A stretch of 64,000 nucleotides of DNA from Oikopleura dioica (taxonomy: Eukaryota > Animalia > Chordata): the NCBI GenBank assembly GCA_907165135.1, contig OU015569.1:7750001-7814000 (forward strand), in the 5' to 3' direction. Position 1 is the first letter of the stretch, and each line of letters begins with the position of its first letter. This document shows, piece by piece, positions 40,705 through 54,962 of the stretch. Made by a program: the position numbers and the translations under genes. A model generated the notes under the pieces. It did not search any database, had not been told where the DNA came from, and was given only the letters and a program-made list of their open reading frames with translations.

Positions 40705-43600
40705 TCAGGAGGAAAATTTTGTAGTCTTGCTTCGTCCACGGTATTCGAATGGATTACTATCTGCTTTTCGACATCCAGTAGCGTCAAATCTCTCTGGATG
40801 AAATATTCGTTCGAGTTCCTTGAGAATTTCCTCTTCTTCAGACGAAATCGATGAGGTTTTATTCGGCGCGTTCAAATCTTTTTTAGGTCGAATTCTTTCT
40901 CGTTTGATCGTGTCATCCATTCTTCTTGTACCTCCGTTGGTATAATAACGGGGACGAGACTTGCTCCGTTCTCGGCCCGCAGTTTCGTTGATAAGACTTT
41001 TAGAGGATAAATAAATAAGTCAAAGATCAGCTACAGATATTTGAATATACCGATCATATCAGTCGTTAACCTGGCATTGTCGCCACCTTTTTTAACCGAT
41101 GAATGAAAATGACATTCTCGGGACAAAATCCTGACCCCCATGTTTTTCGTGCTCTTCTGAAAGCCCGTGATCTGGGGAGTCGAATGGTATAGGTTTTGGG
41201 TCTTAGTCATCAGAAATGACGTCATAGGGCCTCTGTCATTGGTTGAAAACAACCGACACCTGTAACTTTTAAGTTTGCTGATAAAAGTATGCTGATTTTG
41301 GGCTCATTCGAAAGAACAGGTCGAGATCTACTAGCGGTGCACATGCGGGAGGAAAAATTCCCAGGGGAAAAAATTCTAGAGCAACCTAACCACGTGGTCA
41401 AAAATTAAAAACCGTTTGGTTGACCCAGATTTGTAGGCCCGCTAGTAGATTTTGAGCTGCGCTTTCGAATGAGCCCAAAATCAATATAGGTTCCTATATT
41501 CAATTAAAAATTAGCGGTAGCTATAGGTTAACCCCATACGGCCCTTCAATTATCCATAATGACGTCATTACCGTTGACTCAGCCCCAGAATTATATACCA
41601 TTCGAATCCTCAGAGCACAGGCTTTCACATAAGCACAAGAAACCTGAGGGTTAGGATTTTGCCCCGAGAATGTTATTTACATTCATCAACCATCTGATAT
41701 CGTCGGTATTACATGATTTAACTTGTATCCCTGATTATACATAGGCCGTTGTATGGGCAGAGGAATCCCATAATAGCGTTCGTAGCAGATCATCTGAACG
41801 TAAGTTATGTGCCGTCGATGCAAAAATCGTCTCACCATAATCCCCTCGGTATCCTTGAGAAAACGTGGGTCTTCGATGCCGGCGTATCCAAGAGATCGAA
41901 TTTGGGAGGTAAGATTTAGACCAACTTTTGAATTGTTTCGTAAATGGTTTCTTTTAGTGCGATTAGAAACTACGTTAGCATTTGGAAACATAGCTATGTC
42001 GAAAAAGTGCCATTCTAGATCGCTTTTCTCTATTCCATTTTTAAAACAAAGAAGAACACTTCGCAGCGAGGAAAATAGATCTGGCGTCTTCATTTTTATC
42101 GTATAAAGTGGTAAACTAACTAGCCAACTCGATAAAGTAAAAGTTGACTGTCGACTCGAGAAGAAACGTGACTATGGAAACTGAGTTCAACCGAATCTCC
42201 GGAGGAAAATCGAGTGTATTTCGAGTAAGAGACTGATTTTGGGCAAAAGTAAAGGGGAAAGAAAAAGAGCGGAAATCTGATAAAGGAGTATTTATTCCAA
42301 ATGTTTAAGTGGGAAATTGTGGTACAGTGAGTGGTACTAATCTCAGTTTGGAACATTGTTGGCAGTGGCTTACAAATGAGCTTATCAGTCAGAGCTGTTC
42401 CAGACGCACATGTTTTTGGTTGAACCGAATTGATCCTTGCTTCGAGCTTCGTAAATGTCCGAATTGTTGAATAAATCGTGGGCATTAACGGTTTGTTGCT
42501 TTCTCTTACAATCTGCGCAGCGTTTCTTTGAAAGGATCTCATTGACTCGTGTGAAACTAGTAGTTCTTGATTGCGGAGGACCCTTGCCTGAGGATTGTCT
42601 ATCCAGAAGTCGAAGGCTCGCTGATCGTCCTCGAGCCTTTTGACTCCTCTAAAAGCATTGTTAGAAAATCGGCTCTGAAAACAAGAAGAACTTACGAATG
42701 ATGTACGGCGCGCTCTCTATTGAAGGCCTTATTTGTTCCCATCTGATCAAGAATCTTGTCGATTTTTTCGGGCGAAACATCAAGTCGGAAGTCTAAACTC
42801 CTCCAGATCTCGCTTTTCGCTCGGTGAAGGTGTTTTCGACCGATCTTGAACTTTCTCTCGGCGATCTGCTCGATCATGACCTGGATAAAGCTCATTAGTT
42901 CTCAGATAATCAGTTAAAAGTCGTTAAAATTCAAAATTAAAAGAGCTTACTTTACTTACTCCGTTGGTGCCTTCATCAAAGTACTCGATCGCCAGGAAGA
43001 GCAGCGAAAGAAATCTCGAAGTCGTCAAAAAGCTCCTGTTAAGCTTTTCAGTCTTGTTGAGTCGATAGAGATATTCAGTAATGACAGCAAGGATTTGTTT
43101 GTCTGTGAATAAGTGACATGGGTCGAAACGGAAGATGATTTGGGCATTTTCGCTCTCGAGATATTGCTAAATAACTCTGAAAAGGGAAGAAGCTTTTCTG
43201 CGATGAATTACCGAGAAAATCTCCTTCACATGTGCCCATTTGATTTCTGCCCAGCACTCGGTTTTTGGTACCGTTCTATCTTCGGCTGGAACTTTTCGCA
43301 CAATCGCTCTCAGGGGTGTAACTTCCAAAATCAATGTAAGCGAGTTGAATATCTATTTTTTCACAAACCTGGATATTTACTCTTTTCCCGTGTTTTATTT
43401 TTGGTCCGTCCCATGATCTGACGAAATAAAAATATCTCTCTGAATGATGATTCCGGCAGGCCGACAAATCAAAATGCAGCTTCTCTGTCACGATTTCTCA
43501 GAATTCTCGAAATGAAAAAGTCTCTTCGGAGAGCGGCGCCGACCACTTTTTGAGACGAGCCGGGTCTTTCTCCATTTTTCCAAAATAAGTTGCCGAAAGC
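40705..43600 (-). CDS. Gene or gene pair with a Tudor-like and a LOTUS/OST-HTH-like region
   Basis: LAYIDFG|TEDRTVP after a 37-nt GT-AG intron (Tudor core-like). LRSVLLCFKNGIEKSDLEWHF...LGY...FLKDTEGI (LOTUS-like). Last exon open 40705-40996. Exon linkage not fully resolved. Confidence 0.45.
41098..41687. mobile_element. 590-bp foldback MITE with long imperfect inverted arms and a 4-bp TSD
   Basis: Arms GATGAATGAAAATGACATTCTCGGG.../...CCCGAGAATGTTATTTACATTCATC match over about 115 bp and again internally (GATTTTGGGCTCATTCGAAAG). AACC flanks both ends. Confidence 0.8.
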
Positions 43601-43788
43601 ATAAGTCTGCATCGACCGTGTATTCACTCATAATCAGATTCTTTATCATTAATCTAAAACCAGTTACAGTAAAGTTGAAGACACGCTGTCTAGTCTGTAT
43701 TCATGTTTTAGCAGAATCTAGATTCTAGGGGTAAAAATGATATAAGTACACTGAAGTGTAGCTAACGCAATCAGCTAGTTAATTCGGC

Positions 43789-43941
43789 AAAAAACTCCTC
43801 CCGCCGGATCTCGTCCGGTACAGGGGAGAAACTCAGGGACTACGCCCTTACCGAGGTGTGAGTTTTTTGGTTCACGGAGGGATTCGACCCCGCGCCTTCG
43901 CCGGTCAGAGTCCTTCACTCTAACCAGTGAGCCACCCGGGC
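43789..43941 (-). ncRNA. tRNA-derived SINE-like or Pol III RNA: tRNA-like head, structured body, T6 terminator
   Basis: Head gcccgggTGGCTCACTGGttagagtgaaggactctga...GGGTCGAATCCctccgtgaacca (A- and B-box-like, D-arm paired, acceptor and anticodon stems unpaired). Body hairpins aggg/ccct and ccgga/tccgg, ending in TTTTTT. Confidence 0.65.
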
Positions 43942-44105
43942 GGCGACCTTTGACCTGCAAAATAAGTGTTTATTGTTTAGCTTCAAGGTTCTAGAAAATT
44001 TTTATTCGATGGACATTACAGACACTCGAATCGCATCCGAAAAGTTGGATAAATTGAATTAATTTGAGGCAAAAGACGAAAATAGTTTAATTTTCAATAT
44101 TAGTA

Positions 44106-44515
44106 CAGTTTTTTATGGAATTTGTGGACATCAAATTTGTGGACATTTTTCAGATTATAAGGGTTTTTCTTGGGACATATTCAAAAAAAGAGGGTATCAA
44201 ATTTGTGGACATTTTTTCTCAATTGATATCTTTAACTTCTAAATTTATGGTCTTACTTTCGTAATTGAAGCCAATTTTATCTGCAAAGAACTGTTTTTCG
44301 TCAAAAATCTTAATTTTTGTTTAGATTTACGTCTTTAGATTCAATCTTGTATTCTTTTTCTCATTATTTTTTGAGAAAAATCATCAAATTTTCTTTCTAG
44401 GAAAAAATTTAAACAAGTTCGTTGGGACATTTTTTTCGAGGCTCTTTATCAAATTTGTGGACATTTTTCAGAAAACTAGGGGACAAAAAATGTCCACAAA
44501 TTCCATAAATAACTG
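44106..44515. mobile_element. 410-bp Tc1/mariner-type MITE, intergenic
   Basis: TA|CAGTTTTTTATGGAATTTGTGGACA ... TGTCCACAAATTCCATAAATAACTG|TA. Internal repeats of AAATTTGTGGACATTTTT. Confidence 0.85.
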
Positions 44516-44737
44516 TATAGTTATGGGCATCAATGATTCTTATCAAAGTTTTGTTCATTTTCAGGATATCATTGATATCGTATCAATTTTAGATAAATCC
44601 TTAGATATAAATATCACTCTCCCGATAAATTTTCATGCTTGTCGAGCATTTGCATTGCATTTAAATAATGTCCCTCTTCAGTCTCATCTATTTGAAATGT
44701 CGAAGTTTGAAATTTAGAGCTAGGGCCTTTCTAATAG

Positions 44738-45671
44738 ATGAAATTTCAGAGTTTTTTCTTGACGAGAATATCAGAGGCACTACTGTCGCATTGTGGAAGC
44801 GAGCAACTGATGTGAGCCCCGATCCCAAAGTAATGTGTTTTTAACCTTTCCGATAGAATTGGATCTGAGCCTGTGATGATCCAGAGTCCCGCCTTTCCAG
44901 AATATTTTCCTGTGCAGTCGCAGTGCCAATGGCAAGTCACGTCTTCGGAAAATCTGAAGATTAGTTTTATGAACTGGGACATGCCCGTAGAGCGGGACAT
45001 ATGTCGAAGCGTAAATTTAATGATCGTAAGCGGCATTACAACCTTAATCACAGGGTCAATTGCAATCACTTATTTAGACTGCGAATGGAAAGTCCGCCAG
45101 GCTATGCTCAGATAACCCCTCAGAGATTATCATCGAAAGAACACAGCTCTCTTTTTTGTTAATAAGGAAAGGCTTTTTCTGATTATCTGGGAGTCGAACT
45201 CACATGAGTCTACGCAGTCAGGAGTAAAAAGTCTTAAAAAGCGACATCGTCCGTCGCAACTCTTCCATTCTTCCTCCTTCTTACCGATTTAAAGTCGAGC
45301 TCTCGTCAACTATCGAGATGCCTAACACGCTTATTGAGAACATCGACGACTACGGGGATCTTCTCTGGCCGGATAAGCCTAGTTACAGGACGCGTGTTGG
45401 ATACGGAGCAGAGCGCGGGAACTGGTCTGGCTTTCATCGCGAAGCTTTCGTTTCTTTCGCTAAAATAGGCCCGACGGCTTCGCCAACGCCGAATAGCACG
45501 AGCTCGCACAATCCCTGGCATGAGGATGCTTTGCCCAACAATGAAAATAAAGAGATGAAAGAGAGAATCCAGTGGGTAGAGCTTGGAGTCGGAACAGGAA
45601 ATAGGAGCGAGCCTTTACACAGTACCTCGTGCGATAAACAAAATGGCCACTCCTCTAACTATCAATTCTGA
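44738..45671 (+). CDS. Secreted CUB-domain-like protein; 3' part uncertain
   Basis: Signal-like N-terminus, CGSEQ, VMIQSPAFPEYFPVQSQCQWQV...LKISF and RLCSDNP follow the CUB pattern. Confidence 0.55.
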
Positions 45672-46094
45672 GCGTCCTTGGAGTCGTCATTTCAATAACT
45701 CTCTTCTGCAACTATCAAGATAAAGAAGATGCAGATAGCAATTGCAAACCCCAATTACCTCCTGTTTCAGATTCATCAATGTGAACGAAAACATCGAAAT
45801 CAACCAGTTATATTTTCAAACTCGTGGGCTATTAATAAAAAACGATTACCTGTAAAGAAGTATACGTTTAATTCTTGAGCGCGCTTCCTTCGGATGTTTG
45901 CATATCATTTGAATATTAAAGAAATGTGGTGGTGTAAACGTGTGGGCGGTCGGGTGCGTTGGCGGCACCATACCGCGGCTTCGAATGCTTTATAATTTTA
46001 ATGGGCAATTACAACTAAAGCAAGAAGTTGTCCTTCTTTGACATCTGTCCCGTTTTTCTTTCGGGATGGCAAAAATGACCACAAAGAGTTGAAA

Positions 46095-47805
46095 ATGAAA
46101 AGTGAGAATCTGGTAAACGGTTGAGAAAAAACGAAAGCTTAGAATAGGAACGCGATGTTTAATAATTAGAGAAGGAATTTTTCGAAACCGTTAGAAGAGA
46201 CGGAGAACCCGAGTTAATATTGTCTTCGTCTTCGCGGTACTGTATATTGTCTTCAGGGCCGGCTGAATGTCTATTAGCAAAATAGATTTTACTGCTAGAT
46301 TGAATTTAGCAATATTGCTATTGAGCCATATGGCAGAAAAATTGACCGAGGCTTGGATCAAAAAATAAAAAACCTCCCGCAAAGGGTCTACAATGAAAGT
46401 CTTCGGTAAGTTTTTAGCGTAAACGTGCGCTGGGTGTAATCTGATTGAGTTTAGCGCAAAGAAGTTTATTTCCAAATGGTCGGTGCCAGTACTCAATCAA
46501 AGCCCCGCTAACGATTCTGTGGACTTTTTGGCTAACGTTCCGAATCGAGAAAAACTAGAGAAGCGATTCGATAAGGGCATGTTATAGATTACTTTCTCGG
46601 CTTAGAAGGTATCTACTCCGTCAATTTACAGTCGTGTTATCTAGATATGAGCTTATTAGTAGCATCTACCTCAAATAAGGTAGATAAGGTTGTCGCCGAT
46701 TCGAAAAAATATAGATGATCTATAACCGCACACAAGAGGAAACACGAGTTGGCCTCCCACTGCGTCCAGCTGAATCGGACATCTACATCTAATGCAGACA
46801 TGTGGAAACATGTGATCGGAGATCTGTCAGTACCACGGCAAGACGGACAAGAACCGCAAGGAGTGTTTGGTTGTATTCCCCGCAATCTGGAAACACGATT
46901 CTATCCGCCTGGTGGTTTGAAAAGGGTTTCCAAAACTTGTAGTCGTAGCTGACGTATGATCGCTAGCACTGGCGTGTATGTTTGATTGCATCACACGTTG
47001 TCTTGCAATCGACGCTTGAGTATTTAAAACAGATGACTCCGCCAGGAGCATTTGAGAAACCTATCCTTGACATTTATCATCCGAACGACGAATTCAACAT
47101 GAAAGCAAGGGCGAAATTGAAGTCTTGGAAGGACAGTGTCCAAATCACGGAGTGGAATGAGCTTCTCACGCGCAGCGATGTCGTGAAGTTCGTTGTTGTG
47201 AGACATCCACTGACGAGATTTGTCTCTGTGTGGGACGATCATTATTGTCGTAGCTGCGAGCCGCCGAAAGATCCAATGCTAGAAAGAAATCTGAATAAAG
47301 ATGCTCAAGATGAATACCAAATCTCACTCAACTCACTTGCGCAAGCTGTGGTCGACCAAGGCCGGTATCTTTCAGTTCATAGCCTATAAATTATAGCGCT
47401 TCTCTCATAGTTTCAAATTCGAATTTGACTTATACCTTTAATCAGCGACTTCGACGGATATGTTTGAGGCTCAACTAAATGCATGTCGAATATGTGATAT
47501 CGAGTACGATTACATCATCAAACTTGAAACCATCGATCAAGGTAGATTGTTGATATTTTCGAATTGTAATTAATTTTACAGATTTACCATATCTTATGGC
47601 AAAAATGGGACGTCTTGACAATTCAAAAGAGCTGGTTTCTCCAGAAACTGTGCATCGTAACAAAAATTCGAAACTGTACGGCTACTTTTTCGAAACCCTT
47701 GACCCGTCAGAACTCAAAAACCTCGTGCAGCATTACTCTTCCGACTTTACCCTTCTTGGCTACACATTTAATCTAGCCAAGAACCTTATTGGTGGTTGGG
47801 ACTGA
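46095..47805 (+). CDS. Golgi carbohydrate sulfotransferase (Sulfotransfer_2; CHST8-14/HNK-1ST-like)
   Basis: Type II anchor KRRRTRVNIVFVFAVLYIVFR; 3'-PB motif KFVVVRHPLTRFVSVW; CRICDIEYDYIIKLET; HYSSDFTLLGY. Confidence 0.85.
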
Positions 47806-48084
47806 AAAGAATACTCTTCAAACTTCTGAACCTAACTAGACCTACAGCGGATACTTCTTCAAACTTCATAAGGCAGTCTGTTTTTTTTCATAATTTGAAT
47901 ATGTTTATATATATCGAAACCGCAGTACTTCAATATACAAAAATAAAGTACAAACACCAGATCTTCCGTGCACTCTTGTTTTGTCTCACCCAGCATTTTC
48001 TAAAAGAGGATTCTAGATAACTTTCTTTTAAAAACATATCTGTGGCATCCTTAATATGAAATCGATGCTCAGAGAAAAATAATA

Positions 48085-48650
48085 TGTCGTCCACCGCTAT
48101 AAAAGAAACTGTAAGAATGATAGGTAAATCTCAGAAAAAATGATTTTCGAACTCTAGGAAAAGATGATAACAACGATGACCAAAACAATATCAGAGAAAG
48201 ATTTAAGGTAAGCGAATAAATAGGTTAAGAGTTAATTTTTGAATACTTTGTGAGTTCAATAAAAGATTCAAAATGAATCACACAAGAAACTCTCGGAGCA
48301 ATATCAACCCAGCAGGGTTAGGGCTAGACTCTCTGAATTTGAGACTTGTTTTCACTGAAATGTTTTAGCACAATGCTTTCGCAGCCTGATCTTTTTACAT
48401 CAACGAGAACAAAGAAGTCAACAACGAGCATTAGATCTTTGCGACGAATGAGCTCAAGGTGCGTTGTTAATTTAGTACCGTAATCTTAAATGGGATGAGT
48501 TGCATAGAGATCGAATTTTTAGAATGAAAGTAGCGCCCAAGCAGACCATGAGTCTCCAATTCTACCCGAGTCAGCCTGGCGAAGACACAATAAATGCAAT
48601 CGCCGATTTAACGAGCAGCGCCGTACCCGAGCTAACTGAATCTCAATTAG
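48085..48650 (+). CDS. Possible small multi-exon gene, unknown
   Basis: Series of short GT-AG-bounded open segments (MSSTAIKET; MLSQPDLFTSTR; MKVAPKQTMSLQFYP). No recognisable domain. Confidence 0.3.
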
Positions 48651-49144
48651 GAAATCATTAAAAATAATAGAGACGAAAAATCGAGTCAGAAAATTTATCT
48701 AATGCTCAAAAGAGGAACTTCACGAGTGCAATCAATCTACAATCGAAGATGAGAAAAAAATTTCATGCTGTTGCTTTCTCTAATTTTTTTCTCTGGCAGA
48801 TGACAACATATATTATTTCTAATAGAAGCAGTTTCTTTTTCAAATGTATTGAGTAATTATTTCAGCGAAGGCGAATTAAAAATACGTTTTCAAGGTTTAA
48901 ATATGCAAAGGAAGAGGAATGTCGGTCGACAAATATAAAAATGTAAAAACGAAACGGATCTCAGAAAAATTCTGACTGCAAATAACAGTAAACGAGTGGG
49001 TCACGAATCTGATACAGGAGTTTGTGAAATGTTTAAAAACTCACTCTACGAGCTCGCTCTTGACGACTTCGATTGGGGTTTCATCAAAAACTGCAGATGA
49101 AATAAGTCGTGGTGACGGTTGATATGGGGTACTCATCTCAGTAG

Positions 49145-50188
<1,044 letters not shown>

Positions 50189-52229
50189 CGATATCTGGAT
50201 TTCGCGTTTGGAAGGAAAAACTCCTGTCTGCTTAGACGTATTCCTCTTCAAGTAAGGTTCGGTTCAGATAATCATAGTTTTATATGGAAAAAAGGGAAGC
50301 CGTCGCTAGTGGCGCGTCGACACGCCTGCGGCGCTGTTACCACACAAACACCCGCGACTTGATACGCCCGTAAGCGTGCTAGGCGGAATTAATAGAACTC
50401 GAATGTTCGAATTTTGTAATCTTTCATCACACGTCTAAATTTATATTTCTAGGATAATCATGATCAATATCCTCTTCCCCCGCCATTAATACGCGCGTGA
50501 AGTCAATATTTTAAGCCATGATAGTGAGATTATTTGAATTAATTTTACATCTGGATAACTTTACAATAACTGAGCTGCGATATTCTTTAAAACTATTGTT
50601 CAGCACCTGAAAGCCGGTTACGGATTAGCGGACATAAAAGATGAAAATTTGTAATTGAATAAAAACACATTTTTGTCACGGAGCTGTATCAAAAGCCCTA
50701 TTAGACCGCATAAAAAGGAACATACTAAAGATTGAACCTTTTTTCAACAAGTATATTTTTTCAGCGGATTTTCACCGCGATAGAATACATTTAAGTTAAT
50801 TCATATCTGTACGTTTCGCTCTCGCCGTTATTCGAATGGATAGATAAAGGCCAAAACTGCTTATTGTGATGAATTGAAAGGACAAAATTACGCTCTAGCA
50901 AGTATGAGTCCGGTCGAGTTCAGCGAAAAGAACTAAAAAGCTAGAGTGTAGAAAATGCTCAGGAAAGGGCTCATTTGGTTCGGGCTGATCGCACTGATCT
51001 CTTCCTAAACATCGTCACAAACAGCGCTAATGAATAAGTAAACGATTGATGGGGATGCAAAGGAGCTCATGTTTGTAGGAAAAGAGTTAAAATCTAATTT
51101 TGAAAAAACATCTCATGGAACATGAGCTTCGCAAAGTGTCTTTGATCCGCCGACCGGGCTGAACAAAGCGACGGGATTCACTCTTGAGAGGTTCCACAAG
51201 TTTTTTGCGAAAACAATTTTGATCCATTTCCTTGATGTTTATCCTTCTTAAAATTGCCTCGATTGCTCTTTAGTAAAGCTCATCCAACTCAAAACTTCAA
51301 ATCAACCTCTTCTTGCTTTTTGAAAATACTCTTTCGTAAAATTTTATTTTCGATATTTCGTAAGTGCATATCCAGAAAAGCAAGACAGATCCGCAAGCGC
51401 ATCGCAGCTGATGCGTAAAATTTGCTCTCCGATCAAAATAATAATCTCGAATTAGATAACCGTTTGAATTCGCAATTAACGCATTTGTGTATAAATTACT
51501 GCGCTGAAGAAGCTCACTTTTTCACAGTGAGTGTGTTGATCAAGCCAAGGTTCCATAATCGGAAAGCGTTAGGACTTGAAGAAAATTGGCAAAGGATAAA
51601 AATCACCCGCGGGGCGGCCTTAATTATCTTTACGCTGCCACGGTCGAGCATTGCGTGTTTGATGCTATTGTTTCGTTAATTTTGTAACTGTTCGATAATT
51701 ATATAATTGTCAGACTTGGAAGCGGCGCGATTTTTTCAACTCGTGCGAAGATGAGTCTTCTTTGAGCTTTTGTTCAAGTCGCTAAAGATAGTTTCGCTGA
51801 AGCAAATTCGCGGAACCGCTTCCACCGCTTTATCATAAAAGGCCTAGAAGATGAATATCTTGGGCAATTAACACGGGTGAATATGATTTTTTCGCGAAAA
51901 GTTTTTCAATTTTTTCCTTTTAAAGGAACCAGGAAATATGATAAATATCATATTAAAAAATGACGTCCGAAAATTACATGAATCCGAATCTATCAAAATA
52001 TTAAATCGACGATCATTTGTAATTTATTCAGGATACTATCGCAGTAAAGAGGGAATAAATTACTTTGCAGAAACGAAGAAAAAGTCTTTTTTGGGAATGG
52101 TTAGCGTCTATATTGTTTTAAGTCATTAGCAGTCTATTCAGAAGATAGCTGATCAGGTGGCCAGGAGATAAAATGTGGATTGCATCTTATTGTGGAAGTG
52201 AGCGCGATCAAATAGCTCGATGGGGCCGG

Positions 52230-53560
52230 GAAACACAACTTGAAATCATAATCACAGGGGATTACAGAGGTAATTGTCCCCCGATTTCCCATGGAGCTGC
52301 GCCTTGCTCAACCTGAGCAGATGTGCCCAAATACTTCAGAAGCAGTATTGTGCTCACAATTTCATTGTACCAAGCCTGGCTTATTTCAATCTCGCATATC
52401 AGCAAACCCCATTTCTAACAAACACACAAGTTCATTACGAGCTATTACTTACAGGCTATAAGCGTTCTCGTCAGTTATAAATGTAAACTCAGCCCGCTGG
52501 CCCTTGCGAATTCTGGTCGATAAGCTGAGTTCAACGACTTCGAGCCAGACCAGATGATGACTTTTGGACCGGAACTCGCAGTCGCAAGGTCTGCCCATCC
52601 TGCATTCTATAGGCTTAGTTCGATACTACTGACTCACCGTCAAAGAGAAGAGGCAAAGACGACTAACGCGTGCGTCTGCTAGCTCCACCGATCCTAGACA
52701 CGAAGCTGGTTAATGGTGATACCACTCAGACGTAAAAAACACCCTAGCTTTTTCCTCTTGACTCTTAGACTTTCTTTCAGAAGGCCTAGCCAATTCGCTT
52801 TGACGTCTTCGTTGAAAAAGACGTTTTAGACAGAGAAATCTTAAAGTCTGTCTTGTAACCTTAGTTGAATATTCTCCTCTGTAAAAAGCTACAGTCTTTA
52901 TGATGGTTTTTGATTCAGCCTAGCACTAAAATAGCCATGAATTAATCTCTCAGCGGAAAGCTTCCAGTTCGGATGCGCTGGCTAAGACGACAAGACCCTA
53001 CTTTCCGTGGAAATTTATGGCGAACGATGAAGCACAGCACGAACCACGCCATTGAACGTTTTTCTTCATGCCAGTTTTTCCACCCCAATGGGAGCCTCCC
53101 ATGAATACTAATAGTTTTGTTGTGTTTCAATGAGTTCAACTGATACATATAATATATTTGAATATTTAAAATCGGCTGATCATTTCGTTATGGCTAACTT
53201 TGATATTTTTTTTTTTAATTTTTGTTTGGTGGTCAGGACCCAGTCATCGGGTAAGGCTCTCTCAAGTTCGAAAAGAGTCACGAAAACATCTTCGAGAAGA
53301 ATAAGAATATGTCTAGTGAGCTAATGAATACTTCCCGAAGGCTCTAAACTCAGACGTCTGATATAAACTTCCATGAGGTCTGAGAGCCAGATCGTCTAAG
53401 TCCGCCACGCACATTTTAGACAACCAACGCTCTGCGGATATTGCTGGTCAGATGAAAATTAGCTGATGGAGATGATAGAAATCATCATCCTGTCGTAATG
53501 GACTCGCGAAACTTCGAGCTGTTATACCCAGACAGTTAATCACCATCAACACATCTGCTT
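52230..53560 (-). other. Possible unresolved multi-exon gene fragments
   Basis: Several splice-bounded protein-like frames (KWGLLICEIEISQAWYNE; ECRMGRPCDCEF; HILILLEDVFVTLFELERALPDDW) that could not be joined into one model. Confidence 0.25.
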
Positions 53561-54962
53561 ACAGTCAAGACGCCTGCTATGAAGGAAAACGCTTAAAGGA
53601 AAAAGTAATGCTAGGATAAGTTAGCCGGGATGATTTTACTTAGAAGGGATAACAGGCTGAAATAACAGCAAGGGTGAAAAAAGAAATCTAGTTCCGAAGA
53701 ATCGCTTTGATATGCGTTCACGAACTCCTTATCGTGAAGCGTACATCCTTCTATCGAGGGTTAATTATAAAAGCTGCTTGGGATAAGAGGGTTTTGTCAA
53801 CACGGGTACCACCCGAGGTACTTGTCTTATCGCCTTCCCGATATTGTTAATTTTTGCTTCCGAATTCGAATCGCAGAAAGTTGCGAAAATAATCATATTC
53901 CAGGTTTCAGCAGAAGTTGGGTGCTCAGTGATGGCATCATTTGAAGACTACATAATTGATTTTCTTTTTGTTCAAATCGCGGCATTGCCAAGAACTGATC
54001 CCAAAATATCATTTCGCCACATTAATATATATTCAAAGGAGTGAGCAGTATGATCGTCGGACGGATGCATTTTGAACGACTAATTACAAAATCGAAAAAA
54101 CTCCAGCCGAGAAGACGAGTTCGAAATTGAAATCGATTGATCATTTCCGATTATCCAAAAACCTCATCTGTACTGATTACTTAATTAATATTTATCAAAC
54201 GACGGCTAAAAATCACTCTCCAAACTTACCAACTTGGATTGTCCAATCCTATTTTACTCATAAATGGTTTGGGATAAATCAGCAGTGAAACAATGAAGCG
54301 AGTTCTTGAAAATATGATTTCAAACGACCGTTGAAAAACAGAGCTGATCTGCGATTATTACGCAGCGCGAAATCAGTTTGGCCCGAGCGGTTGTTTTTCA
54401 ATGAATTCCATTTATGTTTTGAGATTTGCGTTGCTTACACGTTTTTTTTTTACTTTTCAGTTTCTATTTTCCGTTTTTATTTTGAGTTCTTCACTGCACG
54501 ACACCTCACGGAAATAATCACCAGAATATGGGCAACGTACTAAGTGGCCGGCAAAGGTATTAAACGCTTTTTTGGAAAATATTATTTAATAATTATAAAA
54601 AGCAAAAGATAACTGTAAGCAATAGACATTAGCCAAAAATACTAATCTTCTATAAAAAGAGTCGATCATAAATATCATCGTTTGTGTTTCCCATTTGTCG
54701 CGCATAGATTTTCCTGAGAGGAGAAGCTGATCTTCTTAGCCTGTCTAGATGGAAATGTTACGATTTAATCCGTCATCGATCATTCGAGAGTGTTCTATCT
54801 TATCCTCTCAGAATTACTTTAATATCGAGTCATCTTTTCACATAGAAATGCATCTTTCGCTTCCATCGGCGGCAAAAAGCGCGGGGATAGGAATGGGAGA
54901 CGGAATTAGTAACGTAACATTCTTGATTGCGAATGGAAGGATTTATTAAACCCTCCCAAAGC

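Noticed and set aside
43270-43330. Apparent frameshift after YIDFG in the Tudor-like region
   Set aside because: Resolved by a 37-nt GT-AG intron.
43868-43941. Functional tRNA gene
   Set aside because: Acceptor and anticodon stems do not pair and the B box is degenerate; kept only as a tRNA-derived head.
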